DNA from: Octopus sinensis
Lineage: Eukaryota
Direction of reading: 5' to 3'
Assembly: GCF_006345805.1 (NCBI RefSeq)
Contig: NC_043002.1
Span: 744,001 to 808,000, forward strand
Length of the DNA: 64,000 nt
Shown piece by piece: positions 28,201 through 41,962 of the stretch (the stretch's first letter is position 1; each line of letters begins with the position of its first letter). The notes beneath the pieces are model-generated. The model had not been told where the DNA came from. It was given only the letters and a program-made list of their open reading frames with translations, and made no database searches. Position numbers and translations under genes: made by a program.

Positions 28201-31200
28201 ATAAAAGGACTCTCTCTCTCTCTCTCTCTCAGAGTGAAAGGTAGACTATATGATGCTTGTATGTGAACGGCTATACTCCATGGTAGTAAGACATGGGCTC
28301 TGAATGCAGAAGACATGTGTAGACTGGAGAGAAATGAAGGTAGTATGCTCTGTTGATATGCAACATCAGTGCACAAGTACGGCAAAGTGCAACTGTATTG
28401 AAAGAAAAGTTGGGCATCTTACTATAATGGGCGCTATGTCCATCTGTCTGCTCTCCTTTCATTGTCAAACAGCTGGACCCATGGTTACAATATTTTTCGG
28501 GATTATGAAGGAGGTAATCAGGAAGGTTTTAGCGAAAAAAATGTGAAAAAGTATGATTATTTAGTGGATATTGAATTTTGTATTAATTAATCACCTTTGA
28601 TTCTTTTTGTTAAAATTCTGGCGATAAGGATTAACTCTGGATTACGCCCCCCCCCCCACCACTACCACCACCATAAAGTTTGTGAATTCAGAGGGTTTAG
28701 ATTTGCAATACTATCCCTTTATTTCGCATTGTAGATGGTCAGATGTGCTATCTTACTATAATGGGTGTTATGTCAGTCAGTCCATCTCTTTGTCTGTTCC
28801 CTCTTCACAGCTAGACAGCTGGACTAAGGGTTACGATATTTTGGGGATTACAAAGACGGTCATCAGGAAGGCTTTTAGCATTAACCCTTTAGCATTCAGA
28901 TTAATCTATCAAATGTAAAGCCTGTTTAATTACATTGTTTTAAATTAATTGTACAGCATCTTGTAACTCTGAGATTTTGATGTTGTCCTTGTTTATTTTC
29001 AGAATGACTTTGTAGGGTAGGTGTGAGAGGTCAGAGCTGGCTGGTTTGAGCATAAAACAGTGAGGCTATTTTGGTCTGATATGGCTGGTTTGAACACTAA
29101 AGGGTTAAAAAACCAGAAAGTATGATGATTTTGTGAATATTGATTTTTAAATTGATAAACCACCTTTGCAATTATATTAAAAATTCACTGACCATGAGTA
29201 ACTCTGGATTTTCATGCTATAGTTCATGGCCCCATTGTAGATATGAAGGGGGGGGGGTCACGAGGATGGTTAATAGTGAAAATAAAATGGGAAAAGTGTG
29301 TGTAATTATTCAGTGGTTATTGCAGTGTGTCAATCTGGAGCTGGATTCAAAATGGTCAACCGAAGCAGCTGCTATTTACATCTCAGTTTTGTGAATCAAA
29401 ATAACCCATGGTACCAGAACATCCAGCTGAGAGGGTAAGTCTTAGTTTGATTTTTTGCAACCCTAAAGATTCTGCTTGCCCAGTCAGGGCCAGACTTTAG
29501 ATTGGGTAGGTGTATTTTTACCCACAGCCAGTTATATGTTGCTATGAGTAGAGCAACAGACACCAGTAATTTGAAAATTAGTGTACACCACACAGAAAGC
29601 ATCGTCTACAAAGAAGTTTTCTAATCAAATTGATATTATTGAAAGGAATATGATTCCTAATTTAAGTAAGGAAATTTGTGAACTTTGAATGTATAAGAGT
29701 ATAAACAAGTGTAAAATAGTGTAAACATCTAAAATAAAAGTATATCTAAATAACATTCTTTTCTTAATACTTTTTACGTAGTGGTCAAAGGAAGTTCTGG
29801 CTTTCATTAGGAGTGGTCCACATAACCATTCATGACACAGAGGCTGGGAGCCTATTGCAGTTCGGGAATGAGTTGTCATTACATGTCCCTTAGTCGCAAA
29901 CACGCCATATAGCTGCTGCAACAGAATGCTGTTATCACCAACAATAATGTGATTTCTCAGCCAGTAATATCTATCAGGTCCATTTACACATTTCTCAATA
30001 CATACTGTTGCTGTGACTTCCCTCCTTCATTTTATGCCTCCATTGTAGGTGGGTAGATTTGCTAGTAAGAGGAATAAAATGTAGCATGCAACTGCATAAA
30101 GAAATGCTGATCACTGAAAGTGGATGGTGCCTGCAGAAGAGGGAGACCCAGGAAAATGTGGGATGAAGTGGTAAGGGCCAGTCTCAAGATTAGGCCTCAC
30201 AGAGAAAATGACAGTGGACCAAGATGCCAGGTGATATGAAGTTCTAGAGAAGACCCACCCATGTCAAAAAAACTCATTTCTAGAAGTGCTGTGTGTCCCA
30301 CCCACACTTAACAAGAAAACTTTTCACACACTCAAACCACAACAAAACCAAACTACATCTCCACATGTCTGCTTCATGCACCATGCTTACCTTCCACTCC
30401 CCAATCCTGTCCTCTTGGCCCTGTCTCACTGAATCATTGCTCTCTGCTAGCCTCCAACCTGTGTTCCACCCACAAGCCCTGTCTCACTGTATTTATTGCT
30501 ATCTGCTAGCCCCTGACACCTGTGTGTCACACCCACACTTAAGAAAACTTTTCCCTTACCCTACCAGTCTACATCTCTTCTTTTCCTCACATTTCCTCCT
30601 TAATACACTGCCCAATCCTGTCCTCATGGCCCTGCTCCTCTGTATCTTTGCTATCTGCGAGCCCCCAGGTTTTTGCCACTTACTCCCCCCTCCCACTCTT
30701 TAATCACACTTCCTTTGCAATATCCTATTACACATATTATAGCATTTCAAACCTCAAGGGTATGCCCTGATACTTGCTACCATTTACATCTCTCTCTCTT
30801 CCTTTACTCAACCATCCCATTTATATTCTGATCCCTATCCCTTATGAGTATGCCTGGCATTTTGCCACCATCACTGTCCTACTGTCTCCCACTCTCTCTC
30901 TCTCTCTTCTTCAGGTTTCCTTTGCACTAATGCACCTGTTTCTTTCTTCCTTCCTGATATTTCTCTCTCCAGCCGGATAACCTTGTACTTCCTCTACAGC
31001 AAGACACCTCTTTCTGTCTCTCTGTCTCACTTTTCATCAGCCAACACAAGATCACCTCCTCCAATGCCCCCTTCCCTCTTAAAAGTTTTTTTTGTCTTGC
31101 AAGTACTTGGTGACCCTGTCAGTGCAGGTGCCACTTAAAAGCACCCAGTCAACACTGTAAAGTGGTTGGTGTTCGGAAGTGCATCCAGCTGTAAAAGCCT

Positions 31201-34200
31201 TGCCAAAACTGACCCCCGCCTGTGCAAGTGCCACATAAAAAAGCACTAAATCCACTCTGCTGAGAGGTTAGTGTTAGGAATGGCACCCAGCTGTAAAAAT
31301 CCTGTCAAAACAGTCACAGAAGTCTGGTGCAGGCTTCTGCGTGGCCGGCTCTTGTGAAACTGTCCCACCCATGCTGGCATGGAAAGCAGACGTTGCAATG
31401 TAGGAATTGCATCTATATCTTGAAATCAATGATCTAATAATGTGCAATATATATTATAAGGGGTTGAGGCACCAAACTTATAGATGAACCAAAAGTAATT
31501 AAAAAAAGCCACTTATTGTAGTAGATATTAAAAAAAATAATCAAACTGAACTTACCACAATTCAGCCAATCATGATTCTGAATGGCTTTCTTTTGGTGCA
31601 TCATGTAGAATGCCATAGCAGATTCACTTTTCAATTTAGATATCACTTCTTTATTATCAGGTACATTGAGTTTATTAGGTTTTGTGTGTAATACTGAAAA
31701 CTTAGGTTCAGTATGCTGTGGAGAATTGGGTGCATTATGTGAGGGAGACCACACGGTTTCAGACTTTGTACTATTTGGACATGGTGATTTTAGCTGGCAT
31801 TTTAGAAGAGAAGAATGACCTGATGGTGACATTGGTGGAGAAGCAGGCAGTTTATGAGAAACTTTCGATTCAGATACAGTTACATTTAAAGTTGAACTGA
31901 TATTTGAAGTAGACATGTTCTGAAGAGAATCAGTATGTGAAGAAGCAGCAGGAAGAGGTGGTTGAAGTGGTGATGGTGGTGGTAGTGGTGGTGGTGGTGG
32001 TTGAGAGGAAGGTGGAGTGGATATGGAAACTTGAGTGAGCCCTGGAGAGAGAGCTGCAGTAGGTAGATTTGTGGGAGATGACTTTACATAGGTTTCAGAA
32101 ATAGAAAATCCATCATCTGTAACTGGTTTAGCAACAGTAGTTGTCAAAGCTACTGATGGAGATGGTTTCATGAAAGCTATAGCCACAGCAGGCTCTGATG
32201 CAGTTTTACAACAAGCAGAACTACTGAGATTCAAGGCTTGAGAAACAAGAGGGGTTGAAGACAAACACTGAGTTGTACTACCAGGATAATCTTGAGTCTT
32301 TTTCAATTTGTCTTTAATTTTGTTCTGAGCTATTTTCGTCTGCAACCGGTTCATAGTTCTTGAACTTTCCACTTTGCCTTTTGATTTTTGATCAGGTTTT
32401 TGAGTTTTTCGGCCTTCAAGTTTTTCTGCTAATTCTGGATAAAGTTTAGCTATGGGAGTACCAATGCCAGAACTTGCAGCGGCCGTAGCGCTTGTTTCAG
32501 CTGATGCTCGGGCCCACTGTGGAGGTTGGTGTGAAGCCACAGATTCCACAGGCTTTCCAGATGTTGAAAGCCCACCAGTACTACCACTCCCATTATTAGT
32601 GCTGCATGGTACTGCACTGGACACAGCAATAGTAGCAGCATTACCAAATATAACAATGTTGTTGTTATTATTAATATTGGCATTATTATTGTTAGTGGTA
32701 ATTGTTGTTGCTGTTGTAGTGGTAGTAGTAACAGTAGTAACAGTAGTAGTTGTAGTAGTACTATTATGACTTGGATTTGTTGAAGTTTTAAGTACATCAA
32801 CTGACACAGGATCAGGAAATGCATAGGGATCCTCGGGATCCTCAATTGAGTCCTCTTTGCCTTCACACTGTTTGAGATGAAATTTTGATTTAACTCGATC
32901 TTTGAAAGACATCCGGCTATCAAGGAAAATATCTCCATCGCCACGTTCCGTCTTTGCTTTTGCTTCTCTCTGTTGCAACATTCCATGAACTGGCACACTA
33001 CTATTTCGTGACCTGTCAATAAAAAGATGTTATTTATATATAAACTTACAAAATTTTTTACAGCAGATATAAAAATACCACATCAACATAGTTAATTAAA
33101 ATTTTAAATAATTAATAGATATATAATTGGGGTTTTATTAAAGTATTGAATAAAATTTATGCATACAAACTAGGTTTGTTCAAACTCATTATCAGAATTT
33201 ATTAAAAAGAATTGTGGAATGACAAATCACTTATGAACTAATGTTAGAATAAAAGCAATTATAAAATATTTTAACATTCAAACAGTGTCAGGTGTAAAGC
33301 TAAATTTCAACTTTGCTCTTCAGAGGGTCATAGCAGATAAATGACAAATACAAATATTTGCTTTCAAAATTTTAGAATATTTCCAGTTTTCCAAAATGGA
33401 TAGCTATTTTTGTTTTTAATCTTTATTTCTCATAACAATATTAATATCTGATATATAAAATTTCTTGCCTCAGAAAGTGTCTAAGTTGTAACCCCCAAGA
33501 AAGCATGCACATATCAAAAGCAGAGGATTTACCTTTAGTACAACTGAGACTATAATTCAATCACTATCCACAATAAATCAACTGAGTGTAAACTTGCAAT
33601 GTTACAATGAAAATTATCATCACTATCACCATCATTGTTTAATGTCTGTTTTTCCATGCTGGCATGGGTTGGATGGTTTGACAGGAGCTGGCAAGTCAGA
33701 GAGCTGTCCTGGCTACAACTGTCTGTTTTAGCATGGTTTCTATAAATGGATGCCTTTCCGAATGCCAATCACTTTACAGAGTGTGATAGGTGCTGATACA
33801 TGCTACCAGCACAGGTGCATTCTACAGGACACCACCACGAGTGCATCTTTCATGGCACAGGCTTGAGTGCATTTTATATGGCACTGGCACTTACAAGACC
33901 AAAGAATTCTCAGATGGGAAAGGGGGGTTGGGGTATGGCCATAAAGAGATATGCTTGTATGTATGGATAACCACAATTTTACTCAGTTGGCATTAGGAAG
34001 GGCATCCAGCTGTAGAAACACTGCCAGATCAGACTGGAGCCTGGTGCAGCCTCCTGGCTTCCCAGGCGAACCGTCCAACCCATGCTAGCACGGAAAACGG
34101 ACGTTAAACTATGATGATGATGACATGTCTTCTTGAGTACAGCAAATTGCTACAAATCCTTGTCCCTTGTCATCTCCTCAGCGAGGCCTGGCATCCAAAG

Positions 34201-35391
34201 ATCCTTTCTCACCACTTCATCCCACATCTTCCTGGATCTACCCTTCCACAGGTCCCCTCCACAATTAGAGATCAGCACTTCTTTAAGCTCTCCTCATTCA
34301 ACTACTACTATCGTGGCACTCCATTCTTCTTCTTCTGTACCAAGAATTCACAACGCCCTCGAACCCACAAGAGTAAACAAGAGAGACAGAGACAAGCGGA
34401 AACAAGGAAAATGCCCCTTGTATTTGAATACTATGCAAATATTCTTTTAAAAAAACTTTCCTTTTAATTTTTCCAAAATTTAAGTGTCTTCCATACTTAC
34501 AGTTGAAAAGTCTCAATGACTGAAACCGGTACTGAAATGTTTTTTATAACATTTTCTACCTTGACTTTTTTTCCCTATATATATATATATATCAAATCCA
34601 AATTCAGAATAAACCATCTGGTGCAGATATATTCAATGGTGTATTATTTAAATTAAGTTGTGCTACCAGGATAATCGTGTCTTTTTCAATGTTGCTTTAA
34701 TTTTGTTCAGAGCTATTTTGAAATTGTAATCCTTTTATTGTTCCCACTGCTGGTTCTTAACAATGAAAAAGAATGTTCTAGAGAAACGTTAGAGAGATTT
34801 CCTATGTAGGAATAATTTCTAATATTCCTTTGTGAGTTTACATAATTTTACAGTATTTATTATGTAGCAAGGACTTGCTGACAGTTCCTTTGATACTCAA
34901 ATAGTAATCTTGTTATAGTAATTAGAAATAATATGAATTTACATCAGCTTCCCATACTGATACGAGCAAGATGGATTGTAATGGTGTGTGACTAAATTAC
35001 CATTTAATTCTGGCATGGCTTCCATGGCTGCATACCTTTCCTAACATCAATCATTTTACAGAGTGTTCTTATACAGTGTAGTGAGGGCACTAGAGAGGCT
35101 GTTGTTCTCCACAAAACTGAACTAAAGGGTCCTCTCAATGATATACTGTAAGGAGTCGATATCCTCCACCATCATCACTACAAGAACTGGAGACTGGGTT
35201 AGCTGAAGAATGGACAAAAATTCCTTTGGAAACAATTCAAACTTTGTATGAGTCCATAGCTCGTAGAATTCAAGCTGAAATTACTGCCAAAGGTGGTCTA
35301 CTGCATATTAAAATAAATTTTGTTTGAAATTTTAACGGTTTACCATTATATTGTCCAACCCCTGTATGTGTGTGTGTGTATGTATGTATAC

Positions 35392-35483
<92 letters not shown>

Positions 35484-36844
35484 GGGGAATAAAACAGAAG
35501 AGAGATGTGATATTGCTTGCAGGATTCAAATGCTGGGCCTTCTCTAAACTATATGGTTGTACTAACTGCTATGCCGGAGCAGATTAATCAAACACACACA
35601 TGCACGCAACAAATGTATTTGTTAGAAATGATTGTCGTTAGACTGTGGCTATACTGGGGCACTGCTTTCAAGGGTTTAGTTGAACAAATCAACCCCTGTA
35701 CTTTTTCTTTTTAAGTCTGACACTTATTCTATTGGTTTGTTTTATAGAGCTGCTAAGTTATGGGGATGCAAACAAACCAACACCAGTTGTCAAGCAGTGG
35801 TGATAGATAAAGAGATACACACACACACAGATATACAAGCTTCCAGTTTCCATTAACAGAATTCACTCTGCCACATTGTCAGTACAGGGCTATAGAGACA
35901 CTGCCCAAGGTGTAGTGGGACTGAACCCAAAACCACACGGTTGCAAAGTGAGCTTCTTAACCACAGACAGGCCTACACCAATAGAAAAACAGATTTTCAT
36001 AATTGCTTCCAAATCTATTTCGCCATTCCACTCATTTTCAAAGAAGTAGCCACAGAAAGTGAAAATTTACTAAAACCAAACCACCTGGTTCACTTCAAAC
36101 TACATCTATTTTCAACAATGGTGATACTAATTCAAACACTGATACACATTGTAAAAATTGGGAATTTTTTTTTTCTTTCATAAATTTTAAACTCTTTAAA
36201 ACAGTCCACTTCACGTAAGTCTGAACTCCATAATATACACCTACATCTTTATACTTGAAGTATATTCTACAGATATTCATTACTAAGCATCCCTCGTAAA
36301 TAAACACATCTCAATGTTCAATTTTATTAAAATTTCTAAATAATTTTTAGCTATAAATGTGGAATAAAAGGTGTTTAAGGAACTGCTAAATTTTATTGGC
36401 TTCAGAATAATTCTTTTAATTAATATAAAATCTTTAGCAAAAATGTAATAAATAGCAAAATAAAGCAATATAAAATGTGAATACATACAACAAACAAAAA
36501 TAAAAACCTTAAATCTTGACTGAATATGTAAATTTCCCATTTAATATCCAGAAAATTGGAAATGCATGGCTGATCTGATGAAATCTGTTCATAAGCTGAA
36601 GCATCCTTTCTGATGCAGCAAAATAATTTATTACACTGTGAACTTTTCATAGATAAACTAGCTCAGCTGTATTGTCAAAAATGCCAAGTCTTATTAGCGA
36701 TAGAAAATGGCATTGTCAAAACAATGAGAGAAACCACTCATAAATGTCAACAATCAAGTAAATATATGGATACACAGAATCGAAGCATTTGAATAATCAG
36801 ATACAGATGTAATATCTTGGCTGAAAATAATGTGTGCGTGTGAG

Positions 36845-36876
<32 letters not shown>

Positions 36877-37732
36877 TATCATCATCATCATCATCATCAT
36901 TTAGCGTCCGCTTTCGAAATCGAATTGAACCAGCCAGGATCCCTGGTCTGGTGGTACGTAAAAAGCACTATCCGACTCGTGGCCGATGCCAGCGCCACCT
37001 CGACTGGCTTCCGTGCCGGTGGCACGTAAAATACACCAATCCGACCGTGGCCGTAGCCAGCCTCGCCTGGCACCTGTGCAGGTGGCACGTAAAAAGCACC
37101 CACTACACTCACGGAGTGGTTGGCGTTAGGAAGGGCATCCAGCTGTAGAAACATTGCCAGATAAGATTGGAGCCTGGTGCAGCCTTCTGGCTTCCCAGAT
37201 CCCCGGTCGAACCGTCCAACTCATGCTAGCATGGAGAACGGACGTTAAACGATGATGATGATGATGATTTCCATGCTAGCATGGGTTGGACGGTTCAACT
37301 GGGGTCTGTGAAGCCAGAAGGCTGCACCAGGCCCAGTCTGATCTGGCAATGTTTCTATGGCTGGATGCCCTTCCTAACGCCAACCACTCCGTGAGTGTAG
37401 TGGGTGTTTTTTACATGCCACCCACACAGGTGCCAGACAGAGCTGGCAAACGGCCACGGACGGATGGTGCTTTTTACGTGCCACCGGCATATATATATAC
37501 ATATATACATACATACATATATATACATACATACATACATATACATACATACATATATATATATACATACATACATATATACATACATATATATATACAT
37601 ACATATATACATACATACATACATACATATATATATACATACATATATACATACATACATACATATATACATATATATATACATACATATATACATACAT
37701 ACATACATATATACATATATAATACATATATA

Positions 37733-37763
<31 letters not shown>

Positions 37764-38120
37764 TACATACATACAATATACATATATATATACATAAATC
37801 ATATATACATATATATATATATACATAATATATACATATATATATACATATATATATCATATATATACATATATACATATATAATACATATCATATACAT
37901 ATATATATACATATATATATACATATATATATACATATACATATACATATATACATATACATATATATATACATATACATATATACATATACATATACAT
38001 ATATATATACATATACATATATATACATATATATATACATATACATATATATACATATATATATACATATATATATACATATACATATACATATACATAT
38101 ATATATACATATATATATAC

Positions 38121-38160
<40 letters not shown>

Positions 38161-41100
38161 CATCATCATCATCATCATCATCATTTAGCGTCCGTTCTCC
38201 ATGCTAGCATGGGTTGGACGGTTCAACTGGGGTCTGTGAAGCTGGAAGGCTTCATCAGGCCCAGTCAGATCTGGCAGTGTTTCAAGGCTGGATGCCCTTC
38301 CTAACGCCAACCACTCCGTGAGTGTAGTGGGTGCTTTTTACGTGCCACCTGCACAGGTGCCAGACAGAGCTGGCAAACGGCCACGAACGGATGGTGCTTT
38401 TACGTGTAACCGGCACGGGGCCAGGCGAGGCTGGCAACGGACACGAACGGATGGTGCTTTTACATGCCACCAACACGGGGGCCAGACAGAGCTGGCAAAC
38501 GGCCACGAAACGGATGGTGCTTTTACGTGTCACCGGCACGGGGGCCAGGCGAGGCTGGCAACGGGCACGAACGGATGGTGCTTTTACATGCCACCGACAT
38601 GGGGGCCAGACAGGGCTGGCAAACGGCCACGAACGGATGGTGCTTTTACGTGTCACCGGCACGGGGGCCAGACAGAGCTGGCAAACGGCCACGAACGGAT
38701 GGTGCTTTTACGTGTCACCGGCACGGGGGCCAGACAGAACTGGCAAACGGCCACAAACGGATGGTACTTTTACGTGTCCGGCACGGGGGCCAGGCCAGGC
38801 TGGCAACGAACCCGAACGGATGGTGCTTTTTACGTGCCACCTACACGGGGGCCAGACAGGCTGGGCTGGCGAACGGCTACGAATGGATGGTACTTTTACG
38901 TGTCACCTGCACGGGGGCCCTGATGTTGATCGACCTCAATTTGGTTTGATCTTGATTTTGACTGTTCTCACTGGTCTTGCCGGGTTTTCTCACGCACAGC
39001 ATACCTCCAAAGGTCTCGGTCACTGGTCATTTCCTTGGTGAGACCTAAAGTTCGAAGGTCGTGCTTCACCGCCTCGACCCAGGTTTTCCTGGGTCTACCT
39101 CTTCCACAGGTCCCCTCAACTGCCAGGGTGTGGCACTTTCGCACACAACTATCTTCAGCCATTCTCATCACATGACCATACCAGCGCATACGTCTCTCTT
39201 GCACACAACAACTGATACTTCTTAGGTTCAACTTTTCTCTCAAGGTACTTACACTCTGTCGATTATGAACACTGACGTTACACATCCATCGGAGCATACT
39301 AGCTTCATTTCTTGCGAGCTTACGCAAATCCTCAGCAGTCTCAGCCCAAGTTTCACTACCATGTAGCATGGCTGTACGTACACATGCATCATACAGTCTG
39401 CCTTTTACTTTGAGCGAGAGGCCTTTTGTCACCAGCAGAGGTAAGAGCTCTCTAAACTTTGCCCAGGCTATTCTTACTCTAGCAGTTATACTCTCAGCGC
39501 ACCCGCCCCCGCTACTGACTTGGTCACCTAGGTAACGGAAACTATCAACTACTTCTAGCTTTTCTCCCTGGAAAGTGACGGAAGTTGGTCTCAGAGCATC
39601 TTCAGTGTTAATTGTTCCTGAGCATCTGCCACATACAAAAACCATCTTCCTAGTTAGCCTTCCTTTGACATTGCTGCACCTCTTATGTGTCCATAGCTTA
39701 CACTTGCTGCATCTTATAGAGTTTCTACCTACACCTTTTCTACAGATCGAGCAGGGCCATCTACCTGAAGGCGTTTGTGATTGGTCTACCTTCCTACTTA
39801 TTAGGACTTTGGTTTTGGCTAGGTTGATTCTAAGGCCCTTCGATTCTAAACCTTGTTTCCATACCTGAAACTTCTCCTCTAGTTCTGATAGAGACTCAGC
39901 AATTAGAGCAAGGTCATCAGCATAGAGGAGCTCCCAGGGGCATCCTGTCTTGAATTCCTCCGTTATTGTCTGGAGGACTATGATAAATAAGAGGGGACTG
40001 AGGACTGAACCTTGGTGGACCCCAACCTCTACCCTGAATTCTTCACTGTACTCGGTGCCAACCCTCACCTTACTAGCAGCGTCTCTGTACATGGCTTGTA
40101 CAGCTTTCACTAACCATTCATCTATCCCTAGTTTCCTCATTGACCACCAGATGAGGGATCGGGGGACCCTGTCGAAGGCTTTCTCCATATCAACAAAAGC
40201 CAGGTATAGGGGCTTGTCTTTGGCTAGGTATTTCTCTTGCAGCTGTCTTACCATGAAAATAGCATCAGTAGTACTTTTCCCTGGCACGAACCCAAACTGC
40301 ATCTGATCTAGGCTAACTCTCTCTCTAATTAGTTGGGCTATAACCCTCTCCGTAACCTTCATTACCTGATCCAGCAGCTTGATACCCCTGTAGCTATTTG
40401 TATCTAGGGCGTCGCCTTTACCTTTGTAGCAGTTGACTATTATGCTGCTACACCAGTCATTGGGTATGACTCCCTCGTGTATCACCTGGTTAACTATACG
40501 GGTGACTAGGATATAGCCGACACTACCAGATATTTTGAGCATCTCTGCAGTAATTCCTGATGGGCCTGGGGCTTTCCCTGTTTTCATGCTTTTAATTGCC
40601 TTATCTACTAAGGAACTGTCAACTCGGATTGCTGGTCCCTCTGTTGGGTCAACATTCGGCAGATCTCTTTATCCCATTCATTTTCCTCATTCAGCAACCT
40701 TTCATAGTGGCTTCTCCAAACCTCTCTCTTTGCATCCTCATTTAGCGCAAGTGAGCCGTCATCCGTGCGAACACATTTTTCTCCTACCACGTCACGATTC
40801 TCTCTCACACACTGTCTTGCTATACGAAATACCTCAAGTCTTTCATCCTCACGGCGCAGGACATTGGCAAATTTTTTCCTATCTGCTTCCCCTCTGGCTA
40901 AATAAACCTGCCTCCTAGCTTCCCTTCTTGCAGTCTGATACACTTCCCTGCTACCACCGTTCTTCCAGTCCTTCCAAGCCTGTTTCTTTTGTCTAATAGC
41001 CCTATCAACAGTATTGTTCCACCACCACGTTATTTTGGGTCTTGTGGGGACTTTGCACCAGCCACAGATCTGGTCATATATATATATATATATATGGCGT

Positions 41101-41322
41101 TAGGAAGGGCATCCAGCTGTAGAAACACTGCCAGTTCTGACTGGCCTGGTGCAGCCTTCGGGCTCCCCAGACCCCAGTTGAACCGTCCAACCCATGCTAG
41201 CATGGAAAGCGGACGTTAAATGATGATGATGATGATATATATACATACATATACATACATATATATATATATACACACATATATATATATATATATATAC
41301 ACATACACATATATATATATAT

Positions 41323-41353
<31 letters not shown>

Positions 41354-41465
41354 CACATACACATATATATATACACACACATATATATATACATACACAC
41401 ATATATATATACATACATATATATATATATACAACATATATATATATACACATATATATATATAT

Positions 41466-41506
<41 letters not shown>

Positions 41507-41660
41507 CATACATATATATATATACATACGTATAATATATATATATATATATACATACGTATATATATATACATATATATATACATACGTATATATATTT
41601 ATATATATATATATATATACATACGTATAATATATATATAATATATTATATATACATACG

Positions 41661-41695
<35 letters not shown>

Positions 41696-41750
41696 CATAC
41701 GTATATAATATATATATATATATATATCTATATATATACATATATATATA

Positions 41751-41781
<31 letters not shown>

Positions 41782-41782
41782 C

Positions 41783-41851
<69 letters not shown>

Positions 41852-41856
41852 CATAT

Positions 41857-41895
<39 letters not shown>

Positions 41896-41905
41896 CTATA
41901 TATAT

Positions 41906-41962
<57 letters not shown>

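Larger units (their letters stand above)
38161..41067 (-). mobile_element. Young 5'-truncated RTE-clade LINE (about 2.9 kb) with (GAT)n tail
   Basis: ORF 40608..40943 joins ORF 38968..40587 via one frameshift near 40665. The 3' UTR has a minisatellite and the palindrome ccatgctagcatgg. The 5' end abuts (TA)n. Confidence 0.95.

Noticed and set aside
29625-30025. About 133-codon open frame on the gene strand as a possible extra INO80D exon
   Set aside because: No convincing polypyrimidine acceptor or donor, and no similarity to INO80D. Exons 2 and 3 already join in phase at the homologous G-L junction.
32450-33019. Overlapping ORFs 32450..33019 (-), 32452..32769 (+) and 31718..31900 (+)
   Set aside because: Alternative-frame or antisense shadows of the low-complexity exon 2.
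37286-38207. Long ORFs rich in Y/I/H/T or M/Y/V/C (also 41100-42760, 35320-35587, 5306-5598)
   Set aside because: They are translations of TA/CA microsatellites, which lack stop codons in several frames.
38325-38920. CRISPR-like regularly spaced repeats
   Set aside because: Whole units repeat, with no unique spacers and no cas genes. The array lies within the 3' UTR of a eukaryotic RTE LINE.
38282-39041. ORFs of 136-236 aa over the minisatellite
   Set aside because: By-products of a GC-rich tandem repeat with no protein motifs.
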